Positions 45,001 to 51,787 of a stretch of 64,000 bases of DNA are shown in pieces (within the stretch, counting starts at the first letter, position 1; each line of letters opens with the position of its first letter). This DNA is from Eledone cirrhosa (lineage: Eukaryota), in NCBI GenBank assembly GCA_964016885.1, contig OZ024741.1:397916001-397980000 (forward strand), given 5' to 3'. The notes beneath the pieces are model-generated. The model was not told the origin of the DNA. It did no database searches and worked only from the letters and a program-made list of their open reading frames with translations. Made by a program: the position numbers and the translations under genes.

Positions 45001-46125
45001 CCCTCAATAGTCACCTAGTATCTACTAAACTATATCTAACACTCTCTACTCCCTCAATAGTCACCTAGTATCTACTAAACTACATCTTAGTCTCTCTAGT
45101 CCCTCAATAGTCACCTAGTATCTACTAAACTATATCTTAGTCTCTCTAGTCTCTCAATAGTCACCTAGTATCTACTAAACTATATCTTAGTCTCTCTAGT
45201 CCCCAAATAGTAACCTAGTATCTACTAAACTATATCTTAGTCTCTTTAGCCCCTCAATAGTCACCTAGTATCTACTAAACTATATCTTACACTCTCTACT
45301 CCCTCAATAGTCACCTAGTATCTACTAAACTATATTTTACACTCTCTACTCCCTCAATAGTCACCTAGTATCTACTAAACTATATTTTAGTCTCTCTACT
45401 CCCTCAATAGTCACCTAGTATCTACTAAACTATATCTTAGTCTCTCTATTCCCTCAATAGTCATCTAGTATCTACTAAACTACTTCTTAGTCTCTCTACT
45501 CCCTCAATAGTCACCTAGTATCTACTAAACTATATCTTAGTCTCCCTAGTCCCTCAATAGTCACCTAGTATCTACTAAACTATATCTTAGTCTCTCTACT
45601 CCCTCAATAGTCACCTAGTAGCTACTAAACTATATCTTAGTCTCTTCACTCCCTCAATAGTCACATAGTATCTACTAAACTACATCTTAGTCTCTCTAGT
45701 CCCTCAATAGTCAGCTATTATCTACTAAACTATATCTTAGTCTCTCTAGTCCCTCAATAGTCACCTAGTATCTACTAAACTATATGTTACACTCTCTACT
45801 CCCTCAATAGTCACCTAGTATCTACTAAACTATATCTTACACTCTCTACTCCCTCAATAGTCACCTAGTATCTACTAAACTATATCTTAGTCTCTATAGT
45901 CCCTCAATAGTCACCTAGTATCTACTAAACTATATCTTAATCTCTCTACTCCCTCAATAGTCACCTAGTATCTACTAAACTATATCTTACACTCTCTACT
46001 CCCTCAATAGTCACCTAGTATCTACTAAACTATATCTTATACTCTCTACTCCCTCAATAGTCACCTAGTATCTACTAAACTATATCTTACTCTCTCTAGT
46101 CCCTCAATAGTCACCTAGTATCTAC
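1..46125. repeat. Tandem satellite SatA, 50-bp monomer TCTTAGTCTCTCTA(G/C)TCCCTCAATAGTCACCTAGTATCTACTAAACTA(T/C)A, about 920 copies, continues beyond the left edge
   Basis: Uninterrupted head-to-tail 50-bp periodicity with occasional 49/51/52-bp and one 42-bp monomer. Consensus composition is T18 C14 A14 G4 with no CpG. It is rich in TAG/TAA and CTA/TTA, and the ORF track is empty across it. Confidence 0.99.
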
Positions 46126-46190
46126 CAACTTAAGTGTTACATTCCCTACTTTTCTCAACAGTCAATCTACTACTAAACTAATTACTCTAC
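46126..46190. repeat. Highly diverged terminal SatA monomer (array edge)
   Basis: TAAGTGTTACATTCCCTACTTTTCTCAACAGTCAATCTACTACTAAACTA aligns in phase with the monomer TATATCTTACACTCTCTACTCCCTCAATAGTCACCTAGTATCTACTAAACTA. Confidence 0.75.
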
Positions 46191-46592
46191 ACTGAAACAC
46201 AGAAAGTACATTCACTTCCAAGCCTGACGTCACCACTCAGACAATTGTGTTAACAATTATATCACAATCGACATAGTTTTCTTGTAAGCTTCTCACCTCG
46301 ACCATCTAATTTTATACATAGTTACCACTTAGCTCTATTGTATTTCTATTTAAATTGGAGACAGCAGACACTTATCTAAATGGTAGTCACAGCAGCAACC
46401 ATTAATTCTCTCAATGTCAGTGTTATATAACATTGTTGTAAATCTTTGCAGCCGACAACGATTGAATGATTGGATGATTGAATGACTAGTTTGTCATCTC
46501 TTGGTGAAACGAAATATAAAACAATGTTTACAATAAACACAGGAATATGGGGGGGGGGGTGCCAAAAATGTTTGGTCAAACGAAATAAAAAA

Positions 46593-46760
46593 CAATTTTA
46601 TGATAATTGTTTCTACTTTCGGCACAAGGCCAGCAATTACCCAGTGTATTACTGGTACTTTATTTTATCGACCCTGTAAGGATGAAAGGCAAAGTTAACC
46701 TCAGCGGGATTTGAACTCAGATCATAAAGAGACGTAATTCTTTGCTGCAATGCATGGCGT
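46593..46760 (-). mobile_element. 5'-truncated tRNA-derived SINE fragment (second family)
   Basis: The minus strand has a Pol III B box GTTCAAATCC (46707-46716), followed by CTTTGCCTTTCATCCTTACAGGGTCGATAAAATAAAGTACCAG and a tail AATTGCTGGCCTTGTGCC. I recall this body from abundant octopus SINEs. No A box is left. Confidence 0.7.
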
Positions 46761-46775
46761 CCTTTTATAATAATG

Positions 46776-47773
46776 TCGAAAGTCTTTCTTGAGCCTGGAG
46801 GCTCATCAGGCCAATGCTTATCTCGTTTCCATGGCATTAATTGGCTGAGAGTACAATACTCCCCCCTGGACAGGACGCCAGTCCATCGCAGGGTTAATAC
46901 TCCCCCAACTGTTGCTGGTACTCATTTTCAGCTTAGTATACTGGAGTAACATGAAATGAAGTGTTTTGCTCAAGAACACAACATACCACCCAGTCCAGGA
47001 ATTGAACCCACGACATTATGGTCAGAAGTCCAACACCCTTACCATTAGGTCACATACCACCCATCCCAGGAATTGAACCCACGACATTATGGTCAGAAGT
47101 CCAACACCCTTACCACTAGGTCACATACCACCCATCCCAGGAATTGAACCCACGACATTATGGTCAGAAGTCCAACACCCTTACCACTAGGTCACATACC
47201 ACCCATCCCAGGAATTGAACCCACGACATTATGGTCAGAAGTCCAACACCCTTACCATTAGGTCACATACCACCCATCCCAGGAATTGAACCCACAACAT
47301 TATGGTCATAAGTCTAACACCCTTACCACTAGGTCACATACCACCCATCCCAGGAATTGAACCCACGACATTATGGTCAGAAGTCTAACACCCTTACCAC
47401 TAGGTCACATACCACCCATCCCAGGAATTGAACCCACGACATTATGGTCAGAAGTCTAACACCCTTACCACTAGGTCACATACCACCCATCCCAGGAATT
47501 GAACCCACAACATTATGGTCAGAAGTCTAACACCCTTACCATTAGGTCACATACCACCCATCCCAGGAATTGAACCCACGACATTATGGTCAGAAGTCTA
47601 ACACCCTTACCACTAGGTCACATACCACCCATCCCAGGAATTGAACCCACGACATTATGGTCAGAAGTCTAACACCCTTACCACTAGGTCACATACCACC
47701 CATCCCAGGAATGGAACCCACAACATTATGGTCAGAAGTCTAACACCCTTACCATTAGGCCACACATCTCCAC
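46776..47773 (-). mobile_element. Full-length tRNA-Arg-derived SINE (MetaSINE/MESC-like body) with tandemly amplified head, flanked by a 10-bp TSD
   Basis: TSD TATAATAATG lies at 46766-46775 and 47774-47783. The minus strand starts GGAGATGTGTGGCCTAATGGTAAGG (A box), with head copies reading TTGGACTTCTGACC...GGGTTCAATTCC (tRNA-Arg-like, B box). The body is TGTTGTGTTCTTGAGCAAAACACTT...AAATGAGTACCAGC...AACCCTGCGATGGACTGGCGTCCTGTCCAGGGGGGAGTA, and the 3' hairpin is GAGCCT-CC-AGGCTC. The family assignment is from recall. Confidence 0.85.
46980..47760 (-). repeat. 11 x 71-bp tandem array of the SINE tRNA-like head (A box + B box per unit)
   Basis: Units start at 46980, 47051, 47122, 47193, 47264, 47335, 47406, 47477, 47548, 47619 and 47690. 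The unit is CACATACCACCCATCCCAGGAATTGAACCCACGACATTATGGTCAGAAGTCYAACACCCTTACCAYTAGGT. Confidence 0.97.
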
Positions 47774-47800
47774 TATAATAATGACAGGGGTAAATATCCA

Positions 47801-47886
47801 AAATGAAATATAAAACAATGTTTATAATAATTGTTTCTACTTTAGGCACAAGGCCAGCAATTTGAAGGGCAGAGGGAAGTCGATTA
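47801..47886 (-). mobile_element. SINE 3'-tail fragment plus flank, duplicate of 46578-46638
   Basis: AAATGAAATATAAAACAATGTTTATAATAATTGTTTCTACTTTAGGCACAAGGCCAGCAATT matches 46578-46638 and continues with GAGGGAAGTCGATTA, which is absent from the first copy. Confidence 0.65.
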
Positions 47887-47887
47887 A

Positions 47888-47998
47888 AGTTTGGCTTAGT
47901 GGTTAGGATGTTTGATTCACAAGCGTGAGGTTGTGAGTTCGATTCCCAGGCTGGGCAATGTGTTTTGTCCTTGAACAAGACACTTTATTTCATGTTGC
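47888..47998 (+). mobile_element. 3'-truncated tRNA-derived SINE (same superfamily as 46776-47773), plus strand
   Basis: A box TGGCTTAGTGG (47892-47902) and B box GTTCGATTCC (47937-47946), then TGTGTTTTGTCCTTGAACAAGACACTTTATTTCATGTTGC, which is homologous to the reverse complement of 46945-46985. Confidence 0.8.
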
Positions 47999-48170
47999 GC
48001 CTTCTGCTAGGACTTATGACTAGTAGATAGTATCAACAATTTGAAAGATCAATGGAAACATTGTTTCCTTGGTCCGATCTGATGAGTTCCACCCCACTCA
48101 GTAAGTGAATGAGGTTTTGGATCTTGTTGATTCATATATATTTATTGGTGAATATATTCATACATGATTT

Positions 48171-48545
48171 CATCATCATCATCATCATCATTGTTTTAAT
48201 GGCTGCTTTCCCTGCTAGCAAGGGATGGGCGGTCGCTACTGATCTCCCAAGCAATCCAGGGATCTGTTATCTTGCTTATGTGTGGTCTCACATTCTACCG
48301 AGTGCACAAGAGAGGTTGTTATGTCTTTGACACAACTGAGGATCCTCCCAACCTTTTGTTTGGTAAGCTTTCTATGGCTGGATACCCTTTCTATCACCAA
48401 CCACTTTACAGCATGTACTGAGTGCTTTTAATGTGTAGATCTCCAACACTAGAGAGGTTGACATGAGTGAGGTGTCCTTCTGACACTTTGTTTGGCAAGC
48501 TATCTATGGCAGGATGCCCTTCCTATCACCAACCACATATACTGG
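48171..48545 (-). mobile_element. Degenerate RTE-type LINE 3' UTR fragment with (ATG)n tail
   Basis: (CAT)7 at 48171-48191 followed by TTTTAATGGCTGCTTTCCCTGCTAGCAAGGG is the reverse complement of the 3' end at 51428-51475. TTCTATGGCTGGATACCCTTTCTATCACCAACCACTTTACAG is the reverse complement of 51308-51352 and occurs twice. Confidence 0.7.
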
Positions 48546-48650
48546 TTTGTGTAGTCTTATCTCTAACAGAAAGGAAAGACCAAGAGAATAAAGAAGAATT
48601 TGCACTCCAATATCTAACGAAAATATTTCTCTGGAAGTTCCCACGGTTGG

Positions 48651-48651
<1 letters not shown>

Positions 48652-48700
<49 letters not shown>
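48652..48700. repeat. (TA)n microsatellite, left flank of the hammerhead element
   Basis: Pure TA run of about 24 units. Confidence 0.98.
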
Positions 48701-48704
<4 letters not shown>

Positions 48705-48773
48705 TATGAAGAGAGAAGAAACATTTAGATATAATTAGTAATAAAATGTATCATACCTAAACTGTTCCTAAAT

Positions 48774-48861
48774 TCCTCGACTACGTAGTTTCGTGGCATA
48801 AACAAAAACAATATATCAAAGATATAGAGTCCTTGCGAGGTCTGCCGACTTATCAAGAGGA
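48774..48861 (-). ncRNA. Type I hammerhead ribozyme, copy 1 (U3-A8 core variant)
   Basis: The minus strand reads UCCUC-UUGAUAA-GUCGGCA-[44 nt]-UGCCAC-GAAA-CUACGUAG-UC^GAGGA. Helix I is UCCUC/GAGGA, helix II is GU(C)GGCA/UGCCAC, helix III is the palindrome ACUACGUAGU, and the cleavage triplet is GUC (cut between 48779 and 48778). Confidence 0.8.
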
Positions 48862-49364
48862 TACCTCATTTTACTAGTCTCAAGAACGCGTCTACACGAC
48901 GCGAGAAAGAATCCCAAAAGGCGGAGGGGGAGACAGTCACGCGATATAACGGTCGAGAAACGGAGCTAAGCCTCTTATAACCACGAAGAAAATACCACGG
49001 AGGCGGAGGGGGTATTCACATCGAGGCCGCAGAAGAGGTAGTGAAGAAGGCGAGAAGTATGAGTAATGGAAGCTTTCCAGTTGTCCCCACACTTCAAAGA
49101 TTGCTCGACCAGAGGGAGTTATTAATATATTTAGAAACACACAGATACATGCGGACACACACATATATACATGAATGCATCCGCACCCAACTGTGAGTTA
49201 AGGGTGCCAACTTCACCGATGTTGCTCAATGAATGACTGGGACAGACTAATTCAGTTTGAACCAGACTGAACCAGTATCAGAGTTAAAAATACATTATGA
49301 AGAGAGAAGAAACATTTAGATATAATTAGTAATAAAATGTATCATACCTAAACTGTTCCTAAAT

Positions 49365-49452
49365 TCCTCGACTACGTAGTTTCGTGGCATAAACAAAAAC
49401 AATATATCAAAGATATAGAGTCCTTGCGAGGTCTGCCGACTTATCAAGAGGA
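49365..49452 (-). ncRNA. Type I hammerhead ribozyme, copy 2 (identical)
   Basis: Same sequence as 48774-48861 shifted by 591 bp. The predicted cut is between 49370 and 49369. Confidence 0.8.
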
Positions 49453-49715
49453 TACCTCATTTTACTACTCTCAAGAACGCGTCTACACGACGCGAGAAAG
49501 AATCCCAAAAGGCGGAGGGGGAGACAGTCACGCGATATAACGGTCGAGAAACAGAGCTAAGCCTCTTATAACCACGAAGAAAATACCACGGAGGCGGAGG
49601 GGGTATTCACATCGAGGCCGCAGAAGAGGTAGTGAAGAAGGCGAGAAGTATGAGTAATGGAAGCTTTCCAGTTGTCCCCACACTTCAAAGATTGCTCGAC
49701 CAGAGGGAGTTATTA

Positions 49716-49918
49716 ATATATTTAGAAACACACAGATACATGCGGACACACACATATATACATGAATGCATCCGCACCCAACTGTGAGTTAAGGGTGCCA
49801 ACTTCACCGATGTAGTCATTCATTGAGCAACATCGGTGAAGTTGGCACCCTTAACTCACAGTTGGGTGCGGATGCATTCATGTATATATGTGTGTGTCCG
49901 CATGTATCTGTGTGTTTC

Positions 49919-49927
<9 letters not shown>
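49716..49927. repeat. Perfect inverted repeat, 98-bp arms with 16-nt spacer
   Basis: 49716-49813 is the reverse complement of 49830-49927. The spacer is AGTCATTCATTGAGCA (49814-49829). Confidence 0.95.
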
Positions 49928-50017
<90 letters not shown>

Positions 50018-50083
50018 GTGTATATATATATATATATATATGTTTATATATATATGTGTGTGTTTATATGTTTATATATATAT
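49922..50083. repeat. (TA)n microsatellite degenerating into TA/TG mix, right flank of the hammerhead element
   Basis: Pure TA run to 50000, then interrupted by CA/TG/TT variants. Confidence 0.97.
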
Positions 50084-50771
50084 GGTAATCTGGTAAATAA
50101 AACATAAAAAAGAATATTGCACGCAATAAGGTTCTTTTTAAATATCTCAAATAATTTGCTAGACAGGTGGGTGTGGAGGATCGGGTGTTGGATAGTGGGG
50201 GTGTAGGGAGCAGGGATGGAGAGCAGGGTTGGGGGTGAGGTGGGGAGCAAAGGTCGGGAAGTATCCCAGCAAAAAGGATTTCTTTCCCACAACAAACAAA
50301 CTCTGAAGATCAGACTTAAATGTTCCAGTCTTTACATTGACAAATGTCTGTAGTTTGTAAAATTGTTATTTGCAGCATTCTTCTCACTTTGTTGTAACCG
50401 ACACTAAAGACGTCTGCTATGGTTCTTAACCAAACTATTTAAATACTCCAGACTTCTTTGAATCTATCTTAAACACCGGAAAAACGATATTTTATTAAAT
50501 TTTCTTTTTCATTAACATTTTAATGAATTATTTTGGTGTTTGTTTAAAGAAATTCTTGTTTATTATTTAAATATAGTAATTTATTCTGCATAGTAATAGA
50601 GTCTGCAGGATGGTAGTTGGATAACAACCAATATTTTTACAATTATACAGCAGAATTTTGCTGGTTTTTGTTTTGTTTTTCTGTTACACCAACAATACAG
50701 TCTGAGAAAATATTCTAGAATGTTTTCATTATTCCTGAATTCAGTTCTCTATCATCACTTATGTCTTTCTG

Positions 50772-50772
<1 letters not shown>

Positions 50773-50870
<98 letters not shown>
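50773..50870. repeat. Compound (CT)n-(AT)n microsatellite
   Basis: About 30 CT units from 50773, then (AT)13 at 50845-50870. Confidence 0.97.
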
Positions 50871-51476
50871 CATGCGTGATGCGCATGAAAGACGACAGCT
50901 GTATAAAAACGTGCAGGCTGAGCAAAATTGATGGAAGTTACGGAGTAGGTAGACCCAGAAAAACCTGGGACAACATGATAAAGTCCAACCTTACACACTT
51001 ACACCTCTCTAAGACAATGTCACTGGATCGAGATCTTTGGCGCCACGCAGTAATACAGAAGACCCGCCTTGCCTACATGCAAAGTTAACCTACAGTCAGT
51101 AGGCCCCTCCAAACCAAACACACCGCAACCCACTACCCCACTCCATCCTCCCACTCCCGCCAACACCACCCTTTCTCTATAAAGTTATGTTGGTATCACA
51201 ACATCCAGTCCAAAGTAATGAGGTCGTGTAGGTGTCACGACAAAAAACACACAGTCCACGTTGTAATGTGGCCGTGTAGATAACACGGTAAAACGTTCCC
51301 AGTCCACACTGTAAACGTGGTTGGTGTTAGGAAAGGCATCCAGCCATAAAAACCTGCCAGATAGTCCTATACGAGCGAGACACGGTCACCCGAACAATCT
51401 TACCTCAAGTGGGACAATTCCCGACTAACCCATGCTAGCGTGGAAGATGGACATTAAACGAAGATGATGATGATAA
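50871..51476 (+). mobile_element. 5'-truncated RTE-clade LINE: ORF C-terminus + 3' UTR + (GAT)n tail
   Basis: The translation VMRMKDDSCIKTCRLSKIDGSYGVGRPRKTWDNMIKSNL...DRDLWRHAV carries the GRPxxxW and DRxxWR motifs typical of RTE ORF C-termini, with a stop at 51088. It ends in CCCATGCTAGCGTGGAAGATGGACATTAAACGAAGATGATGATGAT and is flanked by (AT)n on both sides. Confidence 0.85.
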
Positions 51477-51587
51477 TATATATATATATAAAGTCTTCAA
51501 CCTATTTGGTTGCTTTTCTTGGTGTCACACTTTATTACCTTTTCTGTTTACTCTGGACGATAATGTATTGACTTCTTGCTCCATTGA

Positions 51588-51787
51588 NNNNNNNNNNNNN
51601 NNNNNNNNNNNNNNNNNNNNNNNNNNNNNNNNNNNNNNNNNNNNNNNNNNNNNNNNNNNNNNNNNNNNNNNNNNNNNNNNNNNNNNNNNNNNNNNNNNNN
51701 NNNNNNNNNNNNNNNNNNNNNNNNNNNNNNNNNNNNNNNNNNNNNNNNNNNNNNNNNNNNNNNNNNNNNNNNNNNNNNNNNNNNNNN
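51588..51787. other. Assembly gap, exactly 200 N
   Basis: Run of 200 N, probably a fixed-size scaffolding placeholder, so the true distance is unknown. Confidence 0.99.

Larger units (their letters stand above)
48700..49927 (-). mobile_element. Non-autonomous Penelope-like (pLTR) / non-LTR retrozyme element: 591-bp unit + truncated tandem copy + inverted segment, inserted in (TA)n
   Basis: 48700-49222 matches 49291-49813 (offset 591) with only two substitutions, G48877/C49468 and G48962/A49553. 49814-49927 is the reverse complement of 49125-49238. There is (TA)n on both sides, a hammerhead motif in each unit and no RT ORF. Confidence 0.8.

Noticed and set aside
1-46125. Calling SatA centromeric or telomeric
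   Set aside because: There are no canonical TTAGGG arrays, and centromere identity cannot be read from sequence alone. It is left as a hypothesis to test.
46775-46815. Minus-strand CTGATGAGCCTCCAGGCTCAAGAAAG resembling a hammerhead core
   Set aside because: An extra TCAA separates the stem from GAAA and there is no helix I or III. It is better explained as the SINE 3' stem-loop.
46980-47760. CRISPR-like array or genuine tRNA gene cluster
   Set aside because: Units are wholly repeated with no unique spacers and there are no cas genes. The heads lack a proper acceptor stem and terminator and are continuous with a SINE body bounded by a TSD.
47781-47795. TGACAGGGG matching the reverse complement of SatB as a possible seed
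   Set aside because: The match is only about 9-10 bp and does not extend, so it is compatible with chance.
48040-48115. CTGATGAG at 48079 with nearby GAAAC...GTC as another hammerhead
   Set aside because: I could not build helix I or helix II in any permutation. The upstream GGAAAC pairs locally with GTTTCC instead.
48937-49755. Duplicated 75-aa minus-strand ORFs in the 591-bp unit
   Set aside because: They are short, have a non-ATG start in a TG-rich tract and show no recognisable RT or GIY-YIG motif. The duplication simply reflects the DNA repeat.
46376-50295. Other short ORFs (46376-46837, 47661-47978, 48109-48709, 49836-50295)
   Set aside because: They overlap SINEs, microsatellites or low-complexity tracts (poly-IY, poly-I) and show no protein family motifs.
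50720-50870. N-terminal half of the 122-aa ORF as part of a gene
   Set aside because: It is translated (CT)n/(AT)n microsatellite fortuitously in frame with the RTE fragment.
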